NCBI GenBank assembly: GCA_040752005.1
Contig: JBFMFX010000017.1
Location: forward strand, 10,871-74,870
Direction: 5' to 3'
DNA length: 64,000 nt
Origin: Pseudomonadota bacterium
Lineage (GTDB): Bacteria > Pseudomonadota > Gammaproteobacteria > Burkholderiales > SG8-39
Position numbers and translations under genes: made by a program. Shown in pieces: positions 9,874-21,752 of the stretch; positions within the stretch are counted from its first letter, which is position 1, and each line of letters starts with the position of its first letter. The notes beneath the pieces were generated by a model that was not told where the DNA came from, did no database searches, and saw only the letters and a list, made by a program, of their open reading frames with translations.

Positions 9874-10895
9874 GCCCGGGCGGGGGTGTCCGGCGCCACC
9901 TCGCAGGCCGAGGGATCGAAGCGGCGCTGTTCCTTGGCCGCCCATGACGGCTCCACGACGCCGTGGCGCACGGCGGTCATCTCGGCGAGGATCGCCACCG
10001 CGATCTCCGGCGGGGTCTTCGAACCGATGTACAGCCCCACCGGGCCCCGCAGCCGGGCGATCTCCTCTTGCGACAGGTCGAACTCCGCCAGGCGCCTGCG
10101 GCGCGCGTCGTTATTCTTCTTCGAGCCGATCGCGCCGACGTAGAACGCGGGCGACTTCAGCGCTTCCAGGAGCGCGAGGTCATCGAGCTTCGGATCATGC
10201 GTGAGCGCCACCACCGCGCTGTGGGCGTCGAGGTTCATCTCGCGGATGACGTCGTCGGGCATGCCGCGCTCCAGCGCCACGCCCTCGACCCGCCATCCGG
10301 CGGCGTACTCCTCGCGCGGATCGATGACCGTCACGTGGTAGTCGAGCATGCGCGCCATCGTCGCGAGGTAATGCGTGAGCTGGCCGGCGCCGATCAGCAC
10401 CAGGCGCCAGCGCGGGCCGTGCACCGTGACGAGCACGCGGCCGTCGAATTCCAGCGTGTCGCTCCAGCGCCCGGGCTCGAGCGAAACCGCGCCGCTCGCC
10501 ATGTCCAGCCGCCGGCGCACGAGCTGCTGGCGCGAAATGGTGTCGAGCAGCTCCCCAATGCCGCTCCTTTCGGTCACCGGTTCGAGCACGATCTGCAGCG
10601 TCCCGCCGCAGGGCAGCCCCCAGCGGGTCGCCTCCTCGTTGGTGACCCCGTACTTGACGAGCTGCGGCAGATCCTTCGCCACCGCCCGCGCGCGCACCTT
10701 CTCGACCAGATCGTCCTCGACGCAACCGCCGGAAACCGATCCCACGACCTGCCCATCGTCGCGGATCGCGACCAGCGCGCCGACCGGACGAGGCGCCGAG
10801 CCCCAGGTCTTGACGATGGTGCCGAGCGTAACGCGATGCCCGGCCGCTCGCCAGGCCTCGGCGGTGCGCAGAACCTCGATGTCCACGCTGTCCAT
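9870..10895 (-). CDS. XdhC/CoxI-family molybdoenzyme maturation factor
   Basis: 341 aa. WGSAPRPVGALVAIRDDGQVVGSVSGGCVE is the XdhC N-domain. LIGAGQLTHYLATMA is the Rossmann-like C-domain. Confidence 0.85.
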   Translation of the reverse strand: MDSVDIEVLRTAEAWRAAGHRVTLGTIVKTWGSAPRPVGALVAIRDDGQVVGSVSGGCVEDDLVEKVRARAVAKDLPQLVKYGVTNEEATRWGLPCGGTLQIVLEPVTERSGIGELLDTISRQQLVRRRLDMASGAVSLEPGRWSDTLEFDGRVLVTVHGPRWRLVLIGAGQLTHYLATMARMLDYHVTVIDPREEYAAGWRVEGVALERGMPDDVIREMNLDAHSAVVALTHDPKLDDLALLEALKSPAFYVGAIGSKKNNDARRRRLAEFDLSQEEIARLRGPVGLYIGSKTPPEIAVAILAEMTAVRHGVVEPSWAAKEQRRFDPSACEVAPDTPARA

Positions 10896-10901
10896 GGCGC
10901 G

Positions 10902-10907
10902 ATTCTA
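10902..10907 (-). promoter_or_regulatory. -10-like TAGAAT 6 nt upstream of the xdhC ATG; the hexamer includes the kinase TAG stop
   Basis: Minus strand reads TAGAAT-cgcgcc-ATG, read directly. Confidence 0.3.
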
Positions 10908-12269
10908 CGCCCGCGCAAAGCGCAGGGCCACGCGGCACCCCTGGCCTGCGGCGCCCGCCCCGACCTCCAGAGCCGCCCCGTGCGCCAGCGCGATCTCGCG
11001 CACGATCGCCAGCCCCAGGCCGCTGCCCTCGCCCGGTGTGCCTGGCACCCGGTAGAAGCGCTCCAGCACCCGTTCGCGCTCGGCGGGCGCGATGCCCGGG
11101 CCGTCGTCCTCGACTTCCAGGAAGCTCGCGCCCTGGCGCACGCCGCTGCGCACCGTCACCCGGGCTCCGGACCCGGCGTACTCGATCGCGTTGTGGACCA
11201 GGTTGGCGAGCGCCTCGCGCAGCAAGAGCGCGTCGCCGCGCACCGGCGCCGGCGCCAGCTCGAACCCGAGGTCGATGCCGCGCGCCAGCGCGCGGTGCAC
11301 CCATTCGTCGGCCGCTTCCTCGACGACCGCGCGCAGATCGAGCGGCGCGAACCGTTCCGCGCTCCAGCCCCCGGGCTCGGCGCGCGCGAGCGCCAGCAGC
11401 TGGTTGGCCAGACGCGCGGTGCGGATGGTCGCGCGGTGAACCTGCTCCAGCTCTGCCCGGCAGGCCGCCGGCAGCTCGTGCGCGAGCGCAAGCTCCGTAT
11501 GCGCCTGCAGCCCGGCAAGCGGCGTGCGCAACTGATGGGCCGCGTTGGCGATGAAGCGGCGCTGGTTCTCGGCCGCTTCGGCGACCCGGCCGAGCAGATG
11601 GTTGAGGGCATTGGCGAGCGGTTGGACCTCCAGCGGCGCGTCCGCGGCATCCAGCGGGCGCAGGTCGCGCGCCGAGCGTGCCTTGATCTCGGCCGAAAGA
11701 GCCTCCAGCGGCGCAAGGCCCCGCTTGACGCCGAACCACACCGCGGCGAGCGCCGCGGCCGCCACCAGCAGCTCCGGCACCAGGCCGGTGAACAGGATGG
11801 CGCGCGCCAGGCTGCGCCTCTTGTTGCCGGTTTCGGCGACCTGCACCGTGCACACGCGGCCGGCGCAGGGCACGAGCATCGCGACCACGTGCACTGCGCT
11901 GCCGCGGTAGCGCGCGTCGTAGCGGATCACGCCGTCCTGCGCCCGCGCCCCCGGCGGCGGATCGGGCAGGCCGGCGTCGCCCGCGATCGCGGTGCCGTCC
12001 GGGGCGCGCACCTGGTAGTAGATGGTGTCGTAGCGGTCGGTGCGCAGGGCGCGGTCGGCCGCCCCCGGGAGATCGAAGGCGTAGCGGTCGCCGGAGGCGC
12101 GGATGCGCTCGGCGAGCGCGAGCGCGATGTCGGCGAGCGCCTGATCGTAAGCCTCGCTCGCCGGCTCGAGCGACACGAAGTATACGGCGACCGCGCCCAG
12201 CGCGAGCAGCGCCGCCACCGGCGCGAGCAGCAGCCGCAGCAGCTGGCCGCGCAGGCTGCGTGCGGCCAT
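10905..12269 (-). CDS. Two-component sensor histidine kinase, TctE/QseC-like
   Basis: Two TM segments flank a periplasmic domain. The H-box is FIANAAHQLRTPLAGL. The HATPase part contains EVEDDGPGIAP and GSGLGLAIV. Confidence 0.88.
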   Translation of the reverse strand: MAARSLRGQLLRLLLAPVAALLALGAVAVYFVSLEPASEAYDQALADIALALAERIRASGDRYAFDLPGAADRALRTDRYDTIYYQVRAPDGTAIAGDAGLPDPPPGARAQDGVIRYDARYRGSAVHVVAMLVPCAGRVCTVQVAETGNKRRSLARAILFTGLVPELLVAAAALAAVWFGVKRGLAPLEALSAEIKARSARDLRPLDAADAPLEVQPLANALNHLLGRVAEAAENQRRFIANAAHQLRTPLAGLQAHTELALAHELPAACRAELEQVHRATIRTARLANQLLALARAEPGGWSAERFAPLDLRAVVEEAADEWVHRALARGIDLGFELAPAPVRGDALLLREALANLVHNAIEYAGSGARVTVRSGVRQGASFLEVEDDGPGIAPAERERVLERFYRVPGTPGEGSGLGLAIVREIALAHGAALEVGAGAAGQGCRVALRFARA

Positions 12270-12270
12270 G

Positions 12271-12945
12271 TCAGCTTTCCTTGTACTCCTCGAGCATGTA
12301 GCCGAAGCCGCGCACGGTGCGAATGCGGATGCCGGCCGGCTCCAGCTTCGCGCGCAAGCGCGATATGTACACCTCGATCGCGTTGGGCGACAGCTCCTCG
12401 TTCCAGTCGGTCACCGCATGGATGATCGCCTCCTTGGAGACGATGTGTTCGACGCGCGCAAGCAGCACTTCGAGCACCGCCCATTCGCGCGCCGCCAGCT
12501 CCAGCGGCGCGCCGCCAAGGTAGGCGCGCCGCGCCGCGCTGTCGAGCGTGAGCGGTCCGTGCTGCACGCGCGGCCCGGCGCGCGCCTGCGATCGGCGGAT
12601 GAGCGCGCGCACTCGCGCCGTCAGCTCCGGCATCGCGAAGGGCTTGGCCATGTAGTCGTCGGCGCCGAGATCGAGCCCCCGCACCCGGTCCTCGATCTGG
12701 TCGCGCGCCGTGAGGACCAGCACCGGCGTCGCGCCGCCCGCGCCGCGCAGTCGGCGCAGCACCTCGTAGCCGTCCATTCCGGGCAGACCGATGTCGAGGA
12801 TCACCAGATCGAACGCTTCCTGGCGTGCGGCGAGCACCGCCTGCTCGCCGCTCGACATCGCGTCCACTGCGTAGCCCTCCGCGCGCAGCATCTGGGCGAG
12901 CGCCCCGGCGAGCGAGGCGTCATCCTCGACGATCAGAATCCGCAC
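12271..12945 (-). CDS. OmpR-family response regulator, TctD-like
   Basis: (V)RILIVEDD...LVILDIGLPGMDG...MAKPF is the receiver, followed by a winged-helix domain (IRTVRGFGYML). The GTG start at 12945 is chosen over the long ORF start 13251. Confidence 0.88.
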   Translation of the reverse strand: MRILIVEDDASLAGALAQMLRAEGYAVDAMSSGEQAVLAARQEAFDLVILDIGLPGMDGYEVLRRLRGAGGATPVLVLTARDQIEDRVRGLDLGADDYMAKPFAMPELTARVRALIRRSQARAGPRVQHGPLTLDSAARRAYLGGAPLELAAREWAVLEVLLARVEHIVSKEAIIHAVTDWNEELSPNAIEVYISRLRAKLEPAGIRIRTVRGFGYMLEEYKES

Positions 12946-12951
12946 GCGCCG

Positions 12952-12957
12952 ATGATA
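12952..12957 (-). promoter_or_regulatory. -10-like TATCAT 6 nt upstream of the response-regulator GTG
   Basis: Minus strand reads TATCAT-cggcgc-GTG. Confidence 0.25.
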
Positions 12958-13076
12958 CCGCCACGTGGCGCTTGCCGATCCCGCACGCCGGCGCGCCACC
13001 ATGCCGCACGACGGGCGGTTCATCTGCCGCGCGCGCGCACGCCTGCGATCGCACCTTGGCCAGGCCGCGAAGCGCC

Positions 13077-13103
13077 AAAAAAAAAGCCCGCGCGAACGCG
13101 GGC
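13077..13103 (-). terminator. Rho-independent terminator downstream of czcA
   Basis: Read on the minus strand, the stem GCCCGCG-(ttcg)-CGCGGGC is followed by a U9 tract. On the plus strand this is A9 at 13077-13085 plus the hairpin at 13086-13103. Confidence 0.7.
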
Positions 13104-13247
13104 TCGGCAGGCGCCGGCCGGGCGGAGGAAGGAACCCGGCCAGCCCCTGCAGGGGGCCGGTCGGAAACGGCCAGGCGAGACGCAGTCTGCGCGCGCATCC
13201 TTGCAGCGCACTTGCGCGTGACTTGCGCGCGGCTGACAGCGCCTGAC

Positions 13248-16200
13248 TCATCCGGCCGGCGCCCGCCTGCGCCCGCGCCAGCCCGCCATCATCACGTACA
13301 GCACCGGCAGGACGAAGAGAACGAGCAGCGTGGCCGAGGCGAGCCCACCGATCACCACCACCGCGAGCGGCTTTTGCGTTTCGGCACCGATGCCGGTGGA
13401 AAGCGCCATCGGCAGCAGGCCCAGCGAGGCGAGCAGCGCCGTCATCAGCACCGTGCGCAGGCGCGTGCGCGCGCCCTGGATCGCGGCCTCCTCCGGCGCG
13501 GCGCCGCGATGGCGCAGCTCGTTGAAGAGCGCGACCATCACCACGCCGTTCAGCACCGCCTGGCCGAACAGCGCGATGAAGCCGATCGCCGCCGACACCG
13601 ACAGATAGATCCCGGTCAGCCAGAGCGCGAGGATCCCGCCGATCGCGGAAAACGGGATGTTGGCGACGATGAGGAGCGAGTTGCGGAACGACTTGAAGGC
13701 GTCGAACAGCAGCAGGAAGATGATCAGGATCGAGATCGGCACGATCACCGCCAGGCGCGCCATCGCGCGCTCCTGGTTCTCGAACTCGCCCGACCAGGTG
13801 ATCGCGTAGCCCTCGGGCAGCGGCACGTTGCGGCGCACCTTCGCCTGCATGTCGGAGACGACGCTGCCCATGTCGCGGCCGCGGATGAAGACACCGACCG
13901 CGAGCACCCGCCGGCCGTTCTCGCGCGCGATGTTCATCATGCCGCCGACGGTGCGCAAGCTCGCCACCTCCGACAGCGGCACGTAGGCGCCGTTCGGTGT
14001 CGCCACCAGCAGCTCCTGCATGCCGGTGAGGGTGCGTTCAGCCTCCTCCAGCCGCACCGCCACTCCGAAGCGCTGCTCGCCTTCCCATATCTGCGTCACC
14101 TGCTTGCCGCCGAGCGCGGTCTCGATCACGTCCTGGATATCGGCGACGTTCAGCCCGTAGCGCGCCGCCCGCGCGCGGTCCACCCGCACCTGGATCTGCG
14201 GCAGCTCGCCGAGCCGGTCCACGAAGGCGCGTGCGACCCCGGGTACCTCCTGCACCTGCCTGAGCACGCCGAGCGCAAGCTCGCGCAGCCGCTCGAGATC
14301 CTCGCCGAACACCTTGATCACGATCTGTCCGTCAATCTGCGAGATGGATTCGAGCACGTTGTCGCGGATCGGCTGCGAAAACGTCGGCACCACGCCGGGC
14401 AGCTTGACGATCTCGGCCTCCATCTCGCGCAGCAGCCCCGCCTTGTCCACGCCGCGCGTCCATTCGGTCTCGGGCTTGAGATCGACCAGAAATTCGGCCA
14501 TGTTGATGAGCTTCGGATCGGTGCCGTCCTCGGGCCGGCCGACTCTGGAGTTGACCTTCCTGACCTCCGGAAACTTGCGGATCGCGGCGCGGATCCGCGC
14601 CACCATCTCCTGCGCTTCGGACACCGAGACGCTGGTGGGCAGAGTGACGTTCACCCACAGCGCCCCCTCGTTCAGTTCCGGCAGGAACTCGGTGCCCAGG
14701 CGCGGCACGAGCGCGAGGCTGCCGGCGAGTGCGGCCAGCGCAAGACCGAGCACCGCGCGCCGGTGCGCGAGCGCCCACCTGAGCGCCGGCTCATAGGCGC
14801 GCCCGGCGGCGCGCACCAGCACGTTCTCGCGCTCCGGGAGGTTGCGCCTGAGCGTCACCGCGCACAGCAGCGGCACCAGCGTGAGCGAGAGCACGAGCGC
14901 CCCGGCGAGCGCCGAGACCACCGAATAGGCCATCGGCGCGAAGATGCGGCCCTCGTGCCGCGTCAGCGTGAAGATCGGGATGTGCGCGGCGATGATGATC
15001 AGCATCGAGAACAGCGTCGGCCGGCCGACCTCGACCGCGGCGTCGAGGATGATCTGCTTGCGCCGGCTCTCGGCGAGGACCTTGTGCCCGTGACTCGCCT
15101 CGGAGAGCTTGCGGAATACGTTCTCCACCACGATCACCGCGCCGTCCACGATGATGCCGAAGTCCATCGCGCCGAGCGAAAGCAGGTTCGCGGGGATCCC
15201 GATCCACGTGAGACCGAGGAAGGTGGCGAGCAGCGCGAGCGGCATGGTCAGCGCGACGATCGCCGCCGCGCGCAGGTTGCCGAGAAAGAGCCACAGCACC
15301 GCCGACACGAGCAGCGCACCCTCGAGCAGGTTGGTGAACACCGTCGTCAGCGTGCGGCCGATCAGCCACGTGCGGTCGTAGATCGGCTCGATTCTCACGC
15401 CCGCCGGCAGGCCGCCGGCGTTGAGTGCCGCGACGCGCTCGCGCACGCGCCCGAGCACCTCCGAGGGATTTTCGCCGCGGCGCATCAACACCACGCCGGT
15501 GACCACATCGTCCTCGTCGTCCTCGCCGGCGACGCCCTGCCGCGGCACCGCGCCGACTGCCACGCGTGCGATGTCGCGCACCAGGATCGGCGTTCCGCCG
15601 CGCTCGGTGACCACGACGTTGGCGATGTCTTCCGGGCCCTGGAACAGGCCGATGCCGCGGATCAGATACTGCTGGCGGCCCTGCTCGACGTAGCTTCCGC
15701 CCGCGTTGCGGTTGCCGCGCTCGATCGCCTGCGCGAGCTGCGCGAGCGTCACGCGGTAGTCGCGCATGCGCGCCGGGTCGGGGCGCACCTCGTACTGCTT
15801 GATGAGGCCGCCCAGACTGGTGACGTCGGCCACGCCCGGCACCTGCTTCAGGCTGCGCTGCACCACCCAGTCCTGCAGGGTGCGCAGCTCGCGCGGCCCG
15901 AGCCCCTCGCCCCTTAGCCGGTAGCGATAGATCTCGCCGATCGCGGTCGAGAACGGCGCCAGCTGGGAATCCACTCCCGGCGGCAGCTCCACCTCGCGCA
16001 GCCGCTCGACCACCTGCTGGCGCGCAAAATACCCGTTCACGCCGTCATCGAAGGTAATGGTCAGGAACGACAGGCCGAACTGGGTGTGCACGAACATGCG
16101 CACCGCTCCGGGCAGGCCCGAGAGCGCCACCTCGAGCGGAATCGTCACCTGCTTCTCGACCTCCTCGGCGGCGCGGCCGGGGTAGAGCGAGATCACCGTG

Positions 16201-16340
16201 ACCTGCGTGTCGGTGACGTCGGGGAACGCCTCGACTGGCAGCCGATTGAACGCCGCGATGCCCGCGCCGACGAACACGACCACGCCCAGCACGATGAACA
16301 GCGGCTGGTAGAGGGCAAAGGCGACGACGCGCCGGATCAC
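13248..16340 (-). CDS. czcA: Heavy-metal-efflux (HME) RND inner-membrane pump, CzcA/CusA family
   Basis: 1030 aa. Contains FNRLPVEAFPDVTDTQVTV and the HME-type TM4 motif MDFGIIVDGAVIVVEN. Confidence 0.93.
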   Translation of the reverse strand: MIRRVVAFALYQPLFIVLGVVVFVGAGIAAFNRLPVEAFPDVTDTQVTVISLYPGRAAEEVEKQVTIPLEVALSGLPGAVRMFVHTQFGLSFLTITFDDGVNGYFARQQVVERLREVELPPGVDSQLAPFSTAIGEIYRYRLRGEGLGPRELRTLQDWVVQRSLKQVPGVADVTSLGGLIKQYEVRPDPARMRDYRVTLAQLAQAIERGNRNAGGSYVEQGRQQYLIRGIGLFQGPEDIANVVVTERGGTPILVRDIARVAVGAVPRQGVAGEDDEDDVVTGVVLMRRGENPSEVLGRVRERVAALNAGGLPAGVRIEPIYDRTWLIGRTLTTVFTNLLEGALLVSAVLWLFLGNLRAAAIVALTMPLALLATFLGLTWIGIPANLLSLGAMDFGIIVDGAVIVVENVFRKLSEASHGHKVLAESRRKQIILDAAVEVGRPTLFSMLIIIAAHIPIFTLTRHEGRIFAPMAYSVVSALAGALVLSLTLVPLLCAVTLRRNLPERENVLVRAAGRAYEPALRWALAHRRAVLGLALAALAGSLALVPRLGTEFLPELNEGALWVNVTLPTSVSVSEAQEMVARIRAAIRKFPEVRKVNSRVGRPEDGTDPKLINMAEFLVDLKPETEWTRGVDKAGLLREMEAEIVKLPGVVPTFSQPIRDNVLESISQIDGQIVIKVFGEDLERLRELALGVLRQVQEVPGVARAFVDRLGELPQIQVRVDRARAARYGLNVADIQDVIETALGGKQVTQIWEGEQRFGVAVRLEEAERTLTGMQELLVATPNGAYVPLSEVASLRTVGGMMNIARENGRRVLAVGVFIRGRDMGSVVSDMQAKVRRNVPLPEGYAITWSGEFENQERAMARLAVIVPISILIIFLLLFDAFKSFRNSLLIVANIPFSAIGGILALWLTGIYLSVSAAIGFIALFGQAVLNGVVMVALFNELRHRGAAPEEAAIQGARTRLRTVLMTALLASLGLLPMALSTGIGAETQKPLAVVVIGGLASATLLVLFVLPVLYVMMAGWRGRRRAPAG

Positions 16341-16341
16341 C

Positions 16342-17475
16342 TCAGTCCTTCGCCGCGAGCAGGCGCTCGAGGAGCAGGTTGCCGTCGACCACCACGCGCT
16401 CGTGCAAGGCCACGCCCTCCAGCACGACTTGATGCGCGTCTATCGTCGGTCCGAGGCGCACTCGCCGTCGTTCGAAGCGGCCGTCGCCTCGCTCGACGAA
16501 CACGTAGTGCTGCTCGCCGCGCAGGTACACCGCACGCGCCGGAACCAGCAACCCTCCGGCCGCCGGCACGCGCAGCTCGGCGGTGACGAACATTTCCGCC
16601 TTGGCGCGCCGCTCCCGGTTCTCGACCGCGCCGCGCACCTTGACCGTGCGCGTCTGCGGATCCACGAAATCGGCGATGGCCGTGATCCGCCCGGCGAGGG
16701 TCCGGTCGCCGAGGAGCGTCGCGCGCAGCTGCACCTCGGCGCCGACCCGGACGGCGCCGACATCGGCTTCGGCGATGTCGAGCAAAAACCACAGCCGTCC
16801 CGGGTCCGAGATCACGAACAGGCCCTTTTCCGGCTGTGCGTCGGCGCGCAGCTCCTGCCCCGGGTTGAGATTGCGCTCGACCACCACGCCGGCGATCGGA
16901 GCGGCGAGTGCAAAGCGCTGATCCACCGTCGCGGCCGCGGCGCCGTACAGGCGCAGGCGCGCTACCTGGCGCTCGCGCTCGGCGACGGCACGGGCGGCCT
17001 CCGTGCGCGCCGCCAGCAGGTCCTTCGCCGGCGCGACGCCCGCCGCGTGCAGCTCCTCGATGCGCGCAAGGTTCGTGCGCGCGAGTTCCTCGTCCACTTT
17101 CGCCTTGCGCGCCTCGGCCTGCGCCGCGCCCAGCTCGGGCGAGGCGATCACGGCAAGCGTCTGTCCGGCGCGCACCGCGTCGCCCGCGCGTACCGCGACC
17201 GCGACGACCCGCCCGCCGAGCGGGCTGAACACGCGCACGGTGCGGTCCTCGTCCCATACCAGACGCCCGGGAAAGCGCAGCACCGACTCGCGCCACGGCT
17301 CGATTGCCGCGACCGCGAGCGACGCGATCTGGGGGCTCTCCGGTGCGAAGACGATCGTCTGGCCTTCGACGCGCGGCTGCGGCGCAGACGTTTGCGGCGC
17401 CGAGTCGCCGCAGGCCGCCGGACCGAGCGCGGCGAGCGCCGCCCAGAGCACCGCAAGCGCGCGCGCCGGATTCAT
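16342..17475 (-). CDS. czcB: RND efflux periplasmic adaptor (membrane fusion protein)
   Basis: Lipobox-like N-terminus (LGPAACG), coiled-coil hairpin and beta-barrel regions. The start overlaps the upstream OMF stop (ATGA). Confidence 0.88.
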   Translation of the reverse strand: MNPARALAVLWAALAALGPAACGDSAPQTSAPQPRVEGQTIVFAPESPQIASLAVAAIEPWRESVLRFPGRLVWDEDRTVRVFSPLGGRVVAVAVRAGDAVRAGQTLAVIASPELGAAQAEARKAKVDEELARTNLARIEELHAAGVAPAKDLLAARTEAARAVAERERQVARLRLYGAAAATVDQRFALAAPIAGVVVERNLNPGQELRADAQPEKGLFVISDPGRLWFLLDIAEADVGAVRVGAEVQLRATLLGDRTLAGRITAIADFVDPQTRTVKVRGAVENRERRAKAEMFVTAELRVPAAGGLLVPARAVYLRGEQHYVFVERGDGRFERRRVRLGPTIDAHQVVLEGVALHERVVVDGNLLLERLLAAKD

Positions 17476-18731
17476 CGCCGTTCCTCCAGCGTCTGGACCG
17501 TGGCGCTCGCCGCGCGCCAGGCGGCGAGCGCCTTCGCGTAGTCGGCGCGCGCGGCGAGCGCCTCCAGGCGGACCGCGCGCAGCGTACGGCGCGCATCGAG
17601 CACCTCGAGCACCGAAACCGCGCCGCGCCGGAACGCGAACTCGGCGGCCTGCGCGGCTCGCTCGGCCGCACCGAGGAGCGCCGTGTCGTAGCGCTCCAGG
17701 CGTTCGCCGGCCGAGGCGAGCTCGGCGGCGGCGCGGCCGATGTCGTTGTGCGCCACCGCCTGCGCCTTCTCGAGGGCATCGAGCGCGGCGTAGCGTTCGA
17801 CCTCGGCGCGCTGAATGTCGCCGGAGAAGTCGTAGCCGGTGAAAAGCGGAAAAGAGATGCCGAAGCCGACCGAGTAGGAAGACGGCGCCGGAAACCGGTA
17901 CAGCTGCGCGCCCACCGTGATATCCCGCGTCTGCAGGCTGCGCGCGAGATCCCGCAGTTTCTCGGCGGCGGCAAGGCGCGCCCGGGCAGCGGCCACGTCA
18001 GGCCGAGACTCGATCGCGCGCTCGAGCGTGGCCCGCTCGGGCGGCACACGCGCCGGCCAGTCGTCGGCGGCGCGCAGCTCGCCGGCCGAGCGCTCCTCGC
18101 CGATCAGGTACGCGAGCGCGAAGCGTGCCCGGTCGAGCTCGGCGCGGGCGGCGCGCACCTCGTTGCGCGCCCGCTCGTGATCCACCTGCACCTTGGCGAC
18201 ATCGGCCTCGGCCAGATCGCCGGCCTTGAGCCGTGCTTGCGCCGCGGCGAGCGTCTGCCCGAAGAGCTGCGCGAGGTCCTCCAGCAGAAAGAGCTTGTCC
18301 TGGGCCTGCTTGAGCTCGTAATAGGCGACACGAAGTTGCGCAAGCTGCACGCGCAGCATCTCCAGCGACTCGCTGCGCGCGGCGCGTTCGAGCTCCTCGG
18401 CCGCCTGCATGCGCAGCTCGCGCTTGTTGCCGCGCTCGAGCGGCTGGTCAATGCGCAGCGTCGCGTCCAGCCTCTGGTCGCGCAGCGGTCCCGGTCCGAT
18501 CGCATTCGGCGCCACCGACACCCCGGAGGTGGCGAGCGACACCGTCGGGTTCGGCCGCGCGGCGGCGATCAGGCGCTGCGCCCCGGCCGCCTCGACCGCG
18601 CGGCGCGCGGCTGCCAGCTCGCGATTGCGCTCGAGCAGCAGCCGCTCGGCCTCGGCGAGGGTCAGATCGCGCGCGGGCGATGCGCTGGCGGCGGCAGTGG
18701 CGAGAAAAAAAACAAGGCAGCGCGCCTTCAT
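17472..18731 (-). CDS. czcC: TolC-family outer-membrane efflux protein
   Basis: The start is trimmed to [20 protein letters not shown], which is a signal peptide. Two OEP repeats follow. Confidence 0.85.
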   Translation of the reverse strand: MKARCLVFFLATAAASASPARDLTLAEAERLLLERNRELAAARRAVEAAGAQRLIAAARPNPTVSLATSGVSVAPNAIGPGPLRDQRLDATLRIDQPLERGNKRELRMQAAEELERAARSESLEMLRVQLAQLRVAYYELKQAQDKLFLLEDLAQLFGQTLAAAQARLKAGDLAEADVAKVQVDHERARNEVRAARAELDRARFALAYLIGEERSAGELRAADDWPARVPPERATLERAIESRPDVAAARARLAAAEKLRDLARSLQTRDITVGAQLYRFPAPSSYSVGFGISFPLFTGYDFSGDIQRAEVERYAALDALEKAQAVAHNDIGRAAAELASAGERLERYDTALLGAAERAAQAAEFAFRRGAVSVLEVLDARRTLRAVRLEALAARADYAKALAAWRAASATVQTLEERR

Positions 18732-18808
18732 CGGGGCGCCGAAGGCTACCGGCGCCGGTTGTCGCGCGCCTTGCGGCAAGCTTTCGGCATGCTGAAGCGC
18801 CGCGGCGT

Positions 18809-18852
18809 TTGCGCGGCGCAACATTGCCGGAGCGATGCCGCTTGGCTAGGAT
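18809..18852 (+). promoter_or_regulatory. Candidate coxSLM promoter: 13-bp palindrome TTGCGCgGCGCAA abutting TTGCCG-17 nt-TAGGAT
   Basis: Palindrome at 18809-18821, -35-like at 18824-18829, -10-like at 18847-18852, and coxS SD GAGGAGG at about 18891. All read from the sequence; function is inferred. Confidence 0.3.
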
Positions 18853-18901
18853 TCCGCCTTCCCGAGGAAACAAGCAATCACAATCGTCGCGAGGAGGCGC
18901 C

Positions 18902-19381
18902 ATGGCGGTCAGAGTTTCCATGAAGGTGAACGGCAAACCGGTATCCGGCGAGATGGAGGAGCGCACGCTTCTGGTCACCTTCATTCGCGAGCATCTGCGG
19001 CTCACCGGAACGCATGTCGGTTGCGACACCGCGCAGTGCGGGGCGTGCACCGTGATCATGAACGGCCGCGCGGTGAAGTCGTGCTCGATCCTTGCGATGC
19101 AGGCCGAGGGCGCGGACATCACCACCATCGAGGGCGTGGCCAGGCCCGACGGAACGCTGCATCCGATGCAGGCGGCCTTCAAGGAGCACCACGGCCTGCA
19201 GTGCGGCTTCTGCACGCCGGGAATGGTGATGAACGCGATTGACTTCGCCAGCCGCAACCCCAACCCCACCGAGCAGGAGATCCGCGAGGCGCTGGAAGGG
19301 AACCTCTGCCGCTGCACCGGCTATCACAACATCGTGAAGTCCATCGCCGCCGGAGCGCGGGCGATGGCCGCCGCGAAATGA
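18902..19381 (+). CDS. coxS: Molybdo-hydroxylase small subunit, [2Fe-2S]-binding (CoxS-like)
   Basis: [11 protein letters not shown] and CGFCTPGMV...CRCTGY are the cysteine clusters. SD GAGGAGG lies upstream of ATG 18902. The start is trimmed from ORF 18680..19381. Confidence 0.92.
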   Translation: MAVRVSMKVNGKPVSGEMEERTLLVTFIREHLRLTGTHVGCDTAQCGACTVIMNGRAVKSCSILAMQAEGADITTIEGVARPDGTLHPMQAAFKEHHGLQCGFCTPGMVMNAIDFASRNPNPTEQEIREALEGNLCRCTGYHNIVKSIAAGARAMAAAK

Positions 19382-19391
19382 GGAGGACGCC

Positions 19392-21737
<2,346 letters not shown>

Positions 21738-21752
21738 GAAGGAGAACCGGAC

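Noticed and set aside
12261-12276. A 12-nt identity GGCCATGTCAGC at two gene junctions (12265-12276 and 28848-28859).
   Set aside because: Both are just stop(TGA)-1 nt-ATG-GCC junctions read on the opposite strand. The identity follows from shared start/stop codons and common Ala codons, so it is not a mobile or regulatory repeat.
13210-13229. Tandem ACTTGCGCG repeat (11-nt period), plus a CCCCTGCAGGGG palindrome at about 13150, downstream of czcA.
   Set aside because: These are short, GC-rich and located in a 3' untranslated stretch before the real U-tract terminator. They are most simply stem-forming filler, and no repeat family is evident elsewhere in the window.
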